Shown one piece after another: positions 1-13,245 of a DNA stretch of 64,000 bases. The notes under the pieces are model-generated. The model was not told the DNA's origin. It did not search any database and worked only from the letters and a program-made list of their open reading frames with translations. The DNA comes from Octopus bimaculoides (Eukaryota). The DNA lies in NCBI RefSeq assembly GCF_001194135.2, contig NC_068981.1, forward strand, positions 190,911,555 through 190,975,554, read 5' to 3'. Made by a program: the position numbers and the translations under genes. The stretch's first letter is position 1, and every line of letters begins with the position of its first letter.

Positions 1-342
1 GACCAGTGACATGAATTTAGATAAGTCAAGTAGGAATTGATGCACTGATTGACATTGGAGAAAAAAATTCTATATGAACTGGAATTTGCCTCTAAGGGGG
101 ACGAAAAACAGAAAGCAAAGAAACTGGTTGGAATTGTTTGCAATTAACAAAGAAAAAGGAGATAATTTGAAGAAATTATCAAAAATTTATTTCTTTGAAA
201 ATGGAATTTTCTGCTTAAGGGAAAAATCTGATTTTAGTTAGGAAGCAAAATGGAAGCTGTTAATAGCGTCCAGATTAGAATGGCTTAAAAATTATATATA
301 AAAAAAAGTACTGAAGAATCCAAAAGTTTGTGTGGACAAATC

Positions 343-373
<31 letters not shown>

Positions 374-891
374 AAGTATTGTCACTTTGGTTTCATTGTT
401 TGCTTAATAGGAAGAACTAACTTTGTATTTGTTAGTGAGAGAATGTGAATATGTAATCAAAATTGGTTATTGATTATATTTCATCTAAACATGCTTTGCG
501 ATATTTTCTATTGATTACTTTGTCATGAGCACAGGTATATTGGTAATTTTGACAGGATATGGCTATCATTGTCTGCTATAAAATAGTGTTTATATTTTGG
601 TATATATTTATATAAATTCATGTATATATTTTTGTATTAATAGTTTATGGGATGTAAATGGGGGGAAAAGGAAACTTGTTTATGCAAAATTGGGAAACAA
701 CAAAGAAAATTGCTGTGTTGATTGCATGGCTTTTAAGATTTTGTTTGCAATTCCCCACTTTCATATGTTAGTCCATTTTTACTTTTAAATTTTATTTAAC
801 ATAAAATTTAGTCCATTAAAGTTGTCGGTTAACAATCTAAAATAATAGACTAACCCTGACACAGCAAAAACCAATTTATTATTCCATTTAC

Positions 892-991
892 CTGACTAAT
901 TTTATTTATGGTTGAAAAACTGCTGCCATAAAAAAAGGTTCCTTCGTCTGACAACAGATGTAAAATCTCTGAATTAGCTAAATGATCCTTG
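892..991 (-). CDS. Candidate internal exon of an unidentified host gene (xKDHLANSEILHLLSDEGTFFYGSSFSTINKISQ)
   Basis: Minus strand reads ttttctttgttctcttatag|CAAGGAT...AGTCAG|gtaaat. 100 bp, only one of three frames open. No protein family recognised. Confidence 0.5.
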
Positions 992-1237
992 CTATAAGAG
1001 AACAAAGAAAATGTTTTTATTAAAGTCAAATTGTTTGTGCATTTAAATATTTGTAAATAGTAAAAGTAATTATGAGCTGGAAAATTGAAAATCTGCATTT
1101 CTAATGCATTATCTGAAAAGAGAATTACTGCTGTTGTTTTTATTACCAACTGAAGAATTTATTTTAAAAGTAAAACCTGGAATCCAAGGGAACGGTTAAA
1201 TATTACAGTTGTACACAAAGTTTTTCTGTATATTTTT

Positions 1238-1403
1238 ATCATCACCATCGTCATTGTTTAACATCCATTTTCCATGCTGGTGTGGATTAGAGAGTTCAGC
1301 AAGAATCAACAAACCCCAATCTCCAATATCTGCTTTCTACAGTTGGATACCCTTCCTAATGCCAACCACTCTAGAGTGTATTGAGTGCTTTTTTGTAGCA
1401 TTG
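1238..1403 (-). mobile_element. Family B (RTE-type 3' tail) copy
   Basis: (CAT)n-like tail followed by tttaacatccattttccatgctgg...ggatacccttcctaatgccaaccactct. Confidence 0.8.
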
Positions 1404-2133
1404 TGATGTCTTTGGTCATCATTGACAATGATGGGCAAACTTATATAACCATTATGTGATACCAAGTATATCCCATGGAGCAATATCATATCTTAAAATA
1501 TATCAACATCATATTCAATGTGACATCTTGTTTAATACCAGGACAAAATTCTTTTTTTGACACTGCGTAAAATCTTTTTGTTTCATGACTATAAATGTTG
1601 TCACTTCTCTTTTTCTTCGTTTTTTTTTATTTTTATTTAAATCAATCACAATTGGAATTCTATCAGCACTTTGTATATAATTTGATCCAAAAACTAACTT
1701 TAGTTTTGGGCACTTGTATTAATTATGTTAGGAAACTTAATTAAGAACACTTAGAGTATTAAATAAGTCCAAAAACTATATCTTTCATATTCACAGTTAA
1801 TTGAGATTGCATGTGGAAAAGAATATTTCCAAATATTTTTAAACATTATAGAAATTCACTAATTACCATTTCCTAATGTTTGTATGTTTGCAGTAATTAT
1901 GACAAATGTATTTATATTTTCAATATATTTAATAATTTGTTTTGTGGTTCAGTGATATTTTCAAAACCATATTGAACATTTGTGAAAGAATTTTATGTTT
2001 ATTTCTTAATTTTGCTCCTATGAAACCAGTGAGCAGTCTTTGCTTGCTGCTCAACTTGTTACATATAGCAGCCAAATTGCCCTCATAATACTTTTAGAGA
2101 GTAAAGAAAAGAGTAAGATAGCAGAATCTTTAG

Positions 2134-2672
2134 CATCATCATCGTTTAACATCCACTTTCCATGCTGGCATGGGTTGGATGGTTTGACTGAGGGCTGGTG
2201 AGCCAGAGGGCTGGTGAGCCAGAGGGCTGGTGAGCCAGAGGGCTGGTGAGCCAGAGGGCTGCACCAGGCTCCAATTCAATCTGGCAATGTTTCTACAGCT
2301 GGATGCCCTTCCTAACACCAGCCACTCCGAGAGTGTAGTAGGTGCTTTTTATGTGCCATCAGCATGAGGGCTAGTCAGGTGGTACTGGCATCAGCTACGC
2401 TCGAATGGTGATTTTTACATGCCATCGGCAAAGGACCAGTCAGCCAGCACGGGCATTGACCACGCTCAAATGGTGCTTTTTACGTGCCACCAGCACAGGT
2501 GCCAATCAGATAGTACTGTCATCGGCCATGACAACGACTTCACTTGCCTCAACAGGTCTTCACAAGCGCAGTTTATTGCCCAATGATTGAAGCATACTCT
2601 TAAATGGGCCAGTTATGCTGTATTGGCATAGGCTAGTTACAGTCTCACTTGGCTTGCCAGGTCTTCTCAAGA
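2134..2672 (-). mobile_element. Family B (RTE 3' UTR) copy with internal 16-bp tandem expansion
   Basis: catcatcatcgtttaacatccactttccatgctggc...gctggatgcccttcctaacaccagccactcc, with degenerate internal subrepeats. Confidence 0.85.
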
Positions 2673-3162
2673 ACAACATATAAACTTCATAGCAGTATTT
2701 CTTCTGACTCTTAACATTCTGAGCTCAAATCCTGCCAAGATCAACTATGCTTTCATCCCTTCTGGGTTGACAAAATAAAGTACCAGTCAACTACTGTAAT
2801 TAATGACTTGTCCCTTCCTCCCTCCTGTCAAAATTGCTGGCATTGAATCCTGCAATGGACCGGTGTCCTGTTCAAGGTCAATGACATAATCTTGGTCACT
2901 TATACATCATGGAAAACCATAGGTGACCAGCTTGAGTCCTTGGGCTCAAGAAAGAAAAAGAAAACATTGAGTAATGAAGTCTTAGATGTACAAAAAGATG
3001 AAATAGTCTTAAATGGAATTTCTTTAATCATAGGTTAATGACTGTTGAAAATACGAAATATATTGGAGGGAAACAAATTATCCCAGCAACGGTTAGCAAG
3101 AATGCCAGATGTATTTTGGCTTATTTCTCTATTCCATTTATATTTCAATTTTGGTGAAGGTG

Positions 3163-3420
3163 CATAGCTTTGAGGTTTGGGTACTGCACTCATACTTGCC
3201 AGGTCATGGGTTCAATTCTTAGACTGAGTGGCATGTTCTGTTCTTGAGCAAAACACTCCATTTTACGTTGCTCTAGTTCATTCAGCTGTAAATGGGTCAC
3301 CCGGTGACAGGATAATCTTCTGATCAAGTGGAATGTTGGTCTGCTTGTCCAGCCAGTGGAGTGGTGGTCATTCAAAAGCTAAAACAATGCAAAGCACATT
3401 GTGACCAGCAATGTATGACA
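3163..3420 (+). mobile_element. tRNA-headed SINE, family C-type head with variant tail
   Basis: B-box-like gggttcaattc, then ttcttgagcaaaacactccattttacgttgctctag. Confidence 0.65.
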
Positions 3421-4309
3421 ACAAAGGTGTCTTGCTGTAGGGGAGATACATAGTTACACCACATTACCAGAGAAAGGGGATGACAGTGAGGACGTGTCAG
3501 GAGATACTCTCAAGTTACAAGAAGACAAACGGTTTGGATGTGTAAGGAAATTTGGGGGAGTATGGGAAGTGACAGATGAATAGGGTCTTGTTGGTACCGT
3601 GGTACTATGATATTTCAAGTTTAATAAAAATTTCAGTTCCAACATTAATGTCGGTTTGTGAAAGCATCTGAGGTTCTGAGACTCAAACCCTCCTCCCAAA
3701 TAAAATATGTAGGAAATGGTTTTAAAACAAACGAAATTACATTATTCTAAACTGCCATTGCAGATTATGAGTGTTGTACTTTATGACAATATTAGATGCT
3801 TTTATATGCTTCGATGTTATTAAAGGATAGAGACAGGAAGATTGCCAATGAAATCATGCAAAAGAGAACCACACAAAGAAACAATATTTACTAAAATCGT
3901 TTGATTTGGGAAAGATTTAAAAAGAAATATCTTTTTAATAAGGAAATAATCCAAAGAAATTACTTGGGCATTTTATATATTTATGTCAATAATCCTCAGA
4001 TTAATTTAGGAAATGTTATTTAACATACTCGGATATTTTATCCTCAAAATAATAGCCATTAGGGTAATATATCATTTACAACGGCACAGAGATTGAGTTT
4101 TGCTTTTTGCTTTTTTTTTTTGCATAGTTGTATGGTTAAGAAATTTGCTTTGCCAAAACAGGATTTCAGGACTGGCTCTGCAGCATGGCGCCTCGGAAAG
4201 GTGTTTGCTTCTGTAGCTCAGGGCTGACCAATATCTTGCAAATGAATTTGGTAAATAGTAACTGTGGAAGCTTCTCATTTGTGTGTGTGTATATATGTAT
4301 ATATATGAG

Positions 4310-4480
4310 GGCGCAGGAGTGGCTGTGTGGTAAGTAGCTTGCTTACCAACCACATGGTTCCAGGTTCAGTCCCACTGTGTGGCACCTTGGGCAAGTGTCT
4401 TCTACTATTGCCTCGGGCCAATCAAAGCCTTGTGAATGGATTTCATAGACAGAAACTGGAAGAAGCCCGTTGTATATCTT

Positions 4481-4522
<42 letters not shown>

Positions 4523-4657
4523 TGTGTCTGTATTTGTGTGCCTGTGTTTGTCTCCCACCCCCAACATTGTTTGACATCCGATGGTGGTGTGTTTATGTTC
4601 CTGTAACTTAGCAGTTCGGTGAAAAGAGACCGATAGAATAAGTACTAGGCTTACAAA
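4310..4657 (+). mobile_element. SINE family A (tRNA head, CORE-like segment, central (TG)n)
   Basis: ggcgcaggagtggctgtgtggtaagtagc...ggttcagtccc...ggcaccttgggcaagtgtcttct; many copies in this window. Confidence 0.85.
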
Positions 4658-4748
4658 CATGAAAAATAGATGTTAAATGGTGATGATGATAATGATCTTA
4701 CTTTTTTGAGCAGAGCATTTTTGAAATCTTGTGACTTGTGCTTTTGTA

Positions 4749-5045
4749 ATCATCATCATCATCATCGTTTAACATCCGTTTTCCATGCTGGCATGGGTTG
4801 GACAGTTTGACTCAGAACTGGCAAGCTGGGAGGCTGCACCAGGCTCCAATTTGATCTGGCAAGGTTTCTACAGCTGGATGCCCTTCTTTATGCCAACCAC
4901 TCCAAGAGTGTAGAGGGTGCTTTTTACATGCCATCAACATGGGGGCCAGTCAGGTGGCACTGGCATCGACTACACTCAAATGGTGCTTTTTACATGCCAC
5001 TGGCACAGGAACCAGTCAGGTAGTACTGGCATCAACCAGCAGTAC
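4749..5045 (-). mobile_element. Family B copy
   Basis: (CAT)n plus gtttaacatccgttttccatgctggc...ctggatgcccttc. Confidence 0.85.
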
Positions 5046-5878
5046 TTAAATGTAAAGTAATATAGAACTGTTTTGAATATAGTGTCAAGAAAAAAGAAAT
5101 TACAATTCAATTGAATAAATACAAGTTATAGCCCTCCATTTTAGCAAAAATGCTACCAGCAGATTTAAGCTATTTGTTACCAAGCCAGTATTCACCTCTA
5201 TAACTTTCTGTTCAAAAACCTATAAAAATATATTTCTTGCTCACAAACTGATTTGCTATTGGCAGAAATTAACCTCGTAATCTCCCTCCTGCTTCAGAAA
5301 CTCCATACTAATCTGATTTTCATTTTGGCAGAATTCTTAAGGTCAAATCTTTTGCCTTTTTTTAACTATGGGAATTTGGCAAACTTTTCAGTAATTTGGT
5401 TCTGTTATTGCTCAGAATAAATAAACTTTAGTTCTGCTGTGAAAAGTCTTTTGATTTCAGAACTGGAAATTTATGTAGCAAATATATAAAGCTTCTTGTT
5501 GTTGTTATTGTTGTATAGCCCCTGGTCAGACCTGATTGAGCAGACCTTTGTATGATCTTAGGCATTCTAATTGTGATCGTCCTATCTTTTACCTATCTGC
5601 AAGGAAACCAACACCGCATTATCCTACATGTATCTTTCCTAAAGATGGTAGAATGTTAGTTTAGGAAGATTTAGCTGCTATTTCTTGTAAGTTGTGCAAT
5701 GCTATTACATATTTTTCTAACCTGTTAACATAGCTCTCAAGTTCCAACCAACTGTTGATTATATTTTGATTGTATACTGTATTTTCCAATCTTATTTTAT
5801 CCCATATAACTCACTAATCAAATCCAATTGTAATGCAACTACATGTTCTCTCTCTCTTTCTCTCTCTCCTTCTCTCCT

Positions 5879-5926
<48 letters not shown>

Positions 5927-6669
5927 ACACATACATCAACCATTTCTTTTATATACAATTCTAAGCACTCACATTTCTATAATTCATTTCAAATTATCTT
6001 GGAAATAATGTTGCATTTAAGAAGTTTATTTAAGATCTGACATGAAGCTATGTTAACTTATATGATGACTTACAATCAACAGACCCACAGTTCTTACAAT
6101 TCAATCTGTTGCACTTTCTGAAATATTTGACAAAAGTACTTCTAAGGTTTATTCATTCATCTGCCATGATAGTGTTCCTACAGTCCAAAACATTTTCATA
6201 AGATTGTGCTGAACATCCATGCTTGTTTTCACACCTTTAATTAACCTTTGTTTCATGCACTCTAAGTAATATAAAGCTTTCTTTTCATAAGTTCCAAGTT
6301 ACTCTGGTAGTTGAAAAATGTTGGGAACATGTATCATATACGATAAATGGTCCTCAAGGAAATCTGTCCCCTGTATCCCATGATACACAGGATAGGCAAA
6401 GGGATAAGTAGTCAACTGGTCCCTTCCCCAAACCACTTCTTATTGACATCCATTCTTTATTCTTACCATCATCACCACTACATGTATTCTACAGCATTTT
6501 CCCATCATTCACTCCCGTCTTGAGTATATTCATCTCTCATTCTTCCCCGACTCTTGCAAACTTTAACCCTCCCCGCCCATCCCCTTTCACTCAATCCCTC
6601 TTCTATCTTTTATCTTTTGCTTGTTATTTATATTATTATTTAATTGATTGGCACGCATCCATTTTCAAG

Positions 6670-6701
<32 letters not shown>

Positions 6702-6710
6702 ATTCATATA

Positions 6711-7567
6711 TTGGGTCATCCCATAAATAATGCGGTCTTTCCAGGTAGTAATTTTACATTGTCCTTATTTTTAGTGCAAGATTTGAAGAGTGCAGTTCGA
6801 TTTTAACAGTTATTTTTTCAAAGCTGCAATGGAATTTACAAAGAGCCATATTTGGCATATTTTGCTTTATGAGTTCAATAAAGGCAACAGTGCAACGGAA
6901 AGTGTGAGGAATATTAATGCAGTATATGGGGATTGGACAATAAGTGTAAGCCAGTGTCAGCGGTGGTTCCTGAAATTCCAAATCAGAAACTACAGCCTAG
7001 AAAATGTGCCTCATCCTGGAAGATCTGTAGAGCTAGACAAGGATGTCCTGCAAACCCTGATGGAACAAGATCCTATCATAAATGTTGAGGAACTAGCAGA
7101 GAAGCTAGGATTTGGTCAGTCAACCATTTGTCAACACTTGCGCTAAAAGGAAAACAACCATTTTTGGTTTCAAGACAAAAGGTGTTCTTTCATCAGGATA
7201 ATGCTCGGCTCCATATAGCGAGAATGACATTCCAAAGGCTGGAGCAGTTTCAATGGGAAATGATGCCCCGCCCACCATATTCGCCAGACATTGCCCCATC
7301 TGATTATCATTTATTCCAGTCTTCAAAATCATTTGGACGAGGAAAAAATATGAATTCTGTAGACAAGGTCAGAACAGTACTGGAAGAGTATTTTTGATCA
7401 CAGACAAGTGAATTTTGGAAGTGGGGCCTTGCAAGTCTACCAGATAGATGGGAGAAAATTGTAGAAAATGAAGGAGATTATATTTCAAATTGAAAAAGAA
7501 GTTTGTTTATCTTAACTTTGAAAAATAAAAGAAGTATAAAAAAACGCATTATTTATGGGAGGACCCA
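6711..7567 (+). mobile_element. Internally deleted mariner transposon 1
   Basis: TIRs tgggtcatcccataaataatgcg and cgcattatttatgggaggaccca, TA-flanked, transposase remnants inside. Confidence 0.92.
6829..7493 (+). pseudogene. Mariner (DD34D-type) transposase pseudogene
   Basis: N-terminal HTH region MEFTKSHIWHILLYEFNKGNSATESVRNI and C-terminal HQDNARLH...PPYSPDIAPSDYHLF. Middle of the catalytic domain is missing; stops and frameshifts present. Confidence 0.9.
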
Positions 7568-8113
7568 TATATATATATATATAGATATAGATATACACAA
7601 AACATATATATGTATAAAGCATATTCATATATGTAAGTATATATGTGCATATACATAAATATATGTATATGTATATATGTAGATATGTGTGTATGTATGT
7701 TTTATGAGTAATGTCTGTTAATTACTTTGTTGTTTTTTTGTTAATGAATGTTTTATTCTACATATTTCATTCATCTTCTTACAGCAACCATTAATTATTT
7801 TACAAAATCATCATAATGTATTGAAATAAATCTGGTTAGCCAGAAAATTATGGTTTTCTGTCATGTTAATTATAATCACCATATTTTATATTGCATTAAA
7901 CTTAGAAAATATTTTCTTACTTTTTTGGTTGCATAGATTCTGTGTAATTGGGAGACTTATTAATGTGTCTTATCTGATTTATAAAGTTTCTGAAACTGTT
8001 ATATATGTATGTAATATATAATTGATTCTTATTTTATCACTGGAGTCTTAAGTATCTCAACAAGAAAATAAACACATGGTTTAGTTTAATATAAATGAAG
8101 TTTTTCATAAATA

Positions 8114-8964
8114 CATGGTCTGATCAATAAGTATCTAGACTGTTGCCATAGTAACAAAGCTATAGCATGCAGAGTGAAGCCGCTTGTTACAGATTGACCT
8201 TGAACTCTGCTGTGCATGCGCACTAAGTTTTAATGTTCTAACTCTCTTCCGCTGATTACAGCAGTGCTTGGAAGGAATGTGTGTAGCTTGTGATCATCGC
8301 ATTGATCATCAATCTGCATCGAATTTTACCAAAAGCTTGGCGATATCTGCTCAGAGGCCTTCGCAAAGTTGCAGAAAGTGTATGGAGAGGAGTGTATGAG
8401 CCAAAACAATGTTGATAGTGACAAACGTTCTGGGAGACCCACAACCAACAGAACTGAAGAAAATATTGCAGATGTGCATGAAGCTGTGAGGGGAAATCGT
8501 CAAATCACCATCCATAAACTATCAGTTGATGTGCAGATTAGTTACAGTTCAGTTCAGACCATTATCACTGAAGATGTAGGTATAAGACGTGTGCCTGCCA
8601 AGTTTGTACCAAAACTGCTTTCATCTGGCAATGCACCTGCTTATTCAGCACAGCTTGTGTACCAGTTTCTGGCTAGGTACAACATTCCCCAGGTTTGATT
8701 ATCATCATATTCCCCAAATTTCACCCAAATTTGCGACTTTTTCCACTTTCCAAAAATCAAACCCCGCTTGAAAGGAAGATTTCAGAATATCAAGGAAATT
8801 AAAGTGAATGAGTTCCAGGAATGCTTCCATCAATGGAAACAGCACTGGATTAAGTGTGTTGTTTCCGAAGGAGACTACTTTGAAGAAGATTAAATGCCAA
8901 ATTGGTATGTGTTGTAGTTTCGTTTTTATAGCACCAGTCCAGATACTTAATGGTCAGACCTATG
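8114..8964 (+). mobile_element. Internally deleted mariner transposon 2 (different lineage from 1)
   Basis: TIRs catggtctgatcaataagtatctagactg and cagtccagatacttaatggtcagacctatg; TA at 8112-8113 and 8965-8966. Confidence 0.9.
8340..8893 (+). pseudogene. Mariner transposase pseudogene
   Basis: QKVYGEECMS..RSGRPTT..FVPKLL fused to (D)NAPAY; YSPNFTQICDFFHFPKIK resembles YSPDLAPCDFFLFPKLK; ends WIKCVVSEGDYFEED*. Confidence 0.88.
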
Positions 8965-8997
8965 TAGATATCTAACTTTCTCTCTCTGTACATACTT

Positions 8998-9190
8998 ATA
9001 AACATCATTACCATCATCATTGTTTTTAACATCCACTTTTCCATGATCACATGATTTGGACAGATGTTGAGGCAGGTTTTCTATCACTGAATGCCTTTCC
9101 TGTAACCAACCCTCATCAGTTTGCATGGAAGCTAATATCTCCCCATGGCCAGATATTTTCACAGAATATTGGCAATGAAAGAGGACATAA
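8998..9190 (-). mobile_element. Family B-related variant tail
   Basis: catcatcattgtttttaacatccacttttccatg...atgcctttcctgtaaccaaccc; similar copies near 15320, 18440 and 33620. Confidence 0.6.
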
Positions 9191-9231
9191 TTTGCATGAC
9201 AGTGATGCTCATATAGCTTTGATCCTGATAG

Positions 9232-9425
9232 ATACAAACACACACACACACACACACACACACATGACAAAGTTTTGCACAGTTTGTCTCAGATTCACTC
9301 ATGAGGCTTTGGTTGACCTGAGGCTATAGTACAAGAGGCATGTCCAAAGTGTTGTACAGTGGGACTGAACTTGAGATGATATGGCTTTGAAGCAGATTTA
9401 TTAACCACTCGCACATGCTTGTGTC
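9232..9425 (-). mobile_element. SINE family A, 5' half
   Basis: Reverse complement of the family A head and CORE-like segment. Confidence 0.7.
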
Positions 9426-9461
9426 CCTCCACCCCATATACATACATACACATATATATAT

Positions 9462-9655
9462 AGGTGCAGATGTAGCTGTGTTGTAAGAAGTTTGCTCCCC
9501 GGCTATATAGATTTGGGTTCAGTTCCACTGTGTGGTACGTTGGACTATTACCTTCTTTTACAGCCTCAGGCTGACCAAGGCCATGTGAGTAGATTTGGTA
9601 GATGGAAACTGAAAGAAGCCTGTCATATATATATATATATGTGTGNNNNNNNNNN

Positions 9656-9707
<52 letters not shown>

Positions 9708-9930
9708 TATGAGTCTGTCTGTCTGCCTTTGTCCCCTACCACCACTTGACAACCAGTGTTAGTGTGTTTACATCCCTATAACTTAGTGTTTTGGCAAAAG
9801 AGAAAAGGAGATTGCTAGAATAGTGACTGGCTAAAAAAAGTACTGGAGTCAATTCATTCAATTAAAAAGATTTTTCAATGTGGTACCCCAGCATGGCTGC
9901 AGTCTAAGACTGACACAAGTAGAAGATAAA
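9462..9930 (+). mobile_element. SINE family A, near full length
   Basis: Head, CORE-like segment, (TA/TG)n, 3' tail ending cacaagtagaagataaaa. Confidence 0.8.
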
Positions 9931-10754
9931 ATATATGTGTGTGTGTGTATGTGTGTGCGTGTGTGTGTAGAGGAATGAAAGAAATTGGATTATTCCAGGC
10001 CTTTGTAAAACTAATAGAACACATTACATAAGATCATACAAACTTATTGTCTGATACATTTGTCTGTATTTAACAACCTGTATTGATTAAAATAGTTTTG
10101 AGTTTTAGTTACGTTTTATTAAATAGTCCTCAGTCCTCCTGGAAACTTTGGCTAATTTATTATTCCATTGCTGTTGAAGAGCTTTTACCTGATTGCTAAT
10201 TAAATATCAGATGTTAAGCAAATTAACTGCATCATTTCAGAGACATACTTGGCTAGCTACCAGCAAAATTTCTACTTGAATACAATATGATCAAAGAACA
10301 TAAGGCTTGGAGGTTGTTCCAAATTTATGTACCATTCCATTTATGCTATGCTCATGATTCTCTACTTGTCGAAGAGATTCACTTTGATGTTGGTAATGAA
10401 GACTGTTTAAAATTTCTCATAAAAATCTTGTTATTCAAGAGTCTTTCAGACCTACTTTTATATCATCTTTAATAGTCTGATGAAATTTTAATTCTTTTAT
10501 TCTAACAATCCCTGCCTGTCTTTTTATATCATTCATTTACCATTCTTAAAAATGACGTAACAAAACATTTTTGTAAGTCAGTAATATATCAATTATTTCA
10601 ATTTGACATGATTAATTAGCATTATATCATGTATATTAAATTTGTTTTTTTTTTTGTATGTACCAAATTATTTTGTTATTAAAACTCTTTATTGTATGAT
10701 ATCAATCATATTTATGTAAATAAATCTATCTTTATGTGAGTGATGTTTTTTATC

Positions 10755-11135
10755 TTTTACTTGTTTCAGTCATTAGACTGTGGCCATGCTGGGGCACTTC
10801 CTTGAAGAAGTTTTAAGTCAAATTGATTGACCCCAGTACTTATTTTTATTTTAGATGTGGTACTTAATCTATTGACCCCTTTTGCTAATTTACAGGGATG
10901 TAAACACACCAACACCAGTTGTCAAGCAAGGGTGGAGGACAAAGGCACACATAGATCTATATATATATATAATGGGCTTCTTTCAGCTTCCATTAATCAA
11001 ATCCATTCACAAGGCTTTGGTCAGTCTGTGGCTATAGTAGAAGACACTTGCCCAAGGTGTTATGCAGTGGGACTGAACCCAGAACTATGTGGTTGGGAAG
11101 CAAGCACCTTGCTGCTCTGCCATACCTGCACCCTT
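10755..11135 (-). mobile_element. SINE family A
   Basis: ttttacttgtttcagtcattagactgtggccatgctggggcac...gacacttgcccaaggtg. Confidence 0.8.
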
Positions 11136-11453
11136 ATGTAAAGAAAATATTTCAGAATTTTAAATCAAGCCTTCTACAATTGAGATAGCCAGTAAGTTGT
11201 TGTTTAACTTGTAAGAAACAGCAGAGAAATCTCCCTCAATTCCTACCCTTACAATATTGTGAATGCTATTGAGGTATTTTCTCGTAGTCTAAGGCATCTT
11301 TAAATTTTTGGTTTTAATCAAATATTACCTATATATGTGGTAAATAACAAACCAATGTAAGGGTTTTTATGTGATTACTCAACATGATAGAAATAAGAAC
11401 TAAATCAGCCTTAAAAGACACTGTATTATCAGAAAATAGAGAAGATATATCGG

Positions 11454-11517
<64 letters not shown>
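11454..11517. repeat. (AAT)n microsatellite, left flank of the Dong-like insertion
   Basis: Direct reading. Confidence 0.95.
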
Positions 11518-12695
11518 GGAAGCTGACAAATACAAACAAGAAATCAATCTACCTAACAAATACGAAGAAGAAGAAGAAGAAACAACAAAAGCTATAAAAC
11601 AAATGAAATCCAAACTAAAACTAGAACAGCAACGGACCNNNNNNNNNNNNNNNNNNNNNNNNNNNNNNNNNNNNNNNNNNNNNNNNNNNNNNNNNNNNNN
11701 NNNNNNNNNNNNNNNNNNNNNNNNNNNNNNNNNNNNNNNNNNNNNNNNNNNNNNNNNNNNNNNNNNNNNNNNNNNNNNNNNNNNNNNNNNNNNNNNNNNN
11801 NNNNNNNNNNNNNNNNNNNNNNNNNNNNNNNNNNNNNNNNNNNNNNNNNNNNNNNNNNNNNNNNNNNNNNNNNNNNNNNNNNNNNNNNNNNNNNNNNNNN
11901 NNNNNNNNNNNNNNNNNNNNNNNNNNNNNNNNNNNNNNNNNNNNNNNNNNNNNNNNNNNNNNNNNNNNNNNNNNNNNNNNNNNNNNNNNNNNNNNNNNNN
12001 NNNNNNNNNNNNNNNNNNNNNNNNNNNNNNNNNNNNNNNNNNNNNNNNNNNNNNNNNNNNNNNNNNNNNNNNNNNNNNNNNNNNNNNNNNNNNNNNNNNN
12101 NNNNNNNNNNNNNNNNNNNNNNNNNNNNNNNNNNNNNNNNNNNNNNNNNNNNNNNNNNNNNNNNNNNNNNNNNNNNNNNNNNNNNNNNNNNNNNNNNNNN
12201 NNNNNNNNNNNNNNNNNNNNNNNNNNNNNNNNNNNNNNNNNNNNNNNNNNNNNNNNNNNNNNNNNNNNNNNNNNNNNNNNNNNNNNNNNNNNNNNNNNNN
12301 NNNNNNNNNNNNNNNNNNNNNNNNNNNNNNNNNNNNNNNNNNNNNNNNNNNNNNNNNNNNNNNNNNNNNNNNNNNNNNNNNNNNNNNNNNNNNNNNNNNN
12401 NNNNNNNNNNNNNNNNNNNGAATGTGGAATCTAAAAACAGAAACAATTCCTATCATAGTAGGTGCCTTAGGTATAATAAAAAAATATTCAGACAAATACA
12501 TAACAAAAATAGCAGGACTTACAAATATATATAACATACAGAAAATTGCACTACTGGGTACTGCACACATCCTACGCAAAACACTTTCAATACAGTAAAC
12601 ATAAGAGCACCACAGCAAACCACAGCACATACCCAAGGCGCACAGAGCTGCGCTCGGTAGTGAAGTGAAAGCACGTTATAAAAATAAAACTACTG
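11518..12695 (+). mobile_element. 5'-truncated R4/Dong-clade (RLE) non-LTR retrotransposon inserted in (TAA)n
   Basis: C-terminus MWNLKTETIPIIVGALGIIKKY...IQKIALLGTAHILRKTL* resembles R4/Dong/Rex6 C-termini. Short 3' UTR then (AAT)n at 12696-12717. Middle is a 781-N gap. Confidence 0.8.
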
Positions 12696-12714
12696 AATAA
12701 TAATAATAATAATA

Positions 12715-12751
<37 letters not shown>

Positions 12752-12956
12752 TGCACACACACACACACGTACATACATACACTTTATATACAATACATAA
12801 TAGTGTACTTGGAGGAAGGAAAAAAGTGGCCAATCTTGGAAACCTTCAATCATAGACCTACTTGTTGTTCAGGACTGACAGAAGCTTAGGCAACATACAT
12901 TCTACATTCATTTGGCATAAATTCTTCTTTGTTACATTCCTATACCATTGTTAGCG

Positions 12957-13090
12957 AACGGGGTGGCCTAGTGGTTAAGGTCAGTAGCATACGATTACAA
13001 GGTCTCTGGGTTCAATTTCTAGACTAGGCAGTGTATTATTTTTTTTAGCAAAGTATTTCATTTTGTGTCGCTCCAGTTTACTTAGCTGTA
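12957..13090 (+). mobile_element. SINE family C head
   Basis: ggtggcctagtggttaagg (A box) and gggttcaattt (B box). Confidence 0.65.
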
Positions 13091-13137
13091 AATTAGCCAG
13101 AGTACTAGTGTTGCTCTTTCTGTCTCCCTCTCAGTCT

Positions 13138-13156
13138 CTTTCTCTCTCTCTCTCTC

Positions 13157-13243
<87 letters not shown>
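13138..13243. repeat. (CT)n microsatellite
   Basis: Direct reading. Confidence 0.95.
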
Positions 13244-13245
<2 letters not shown>

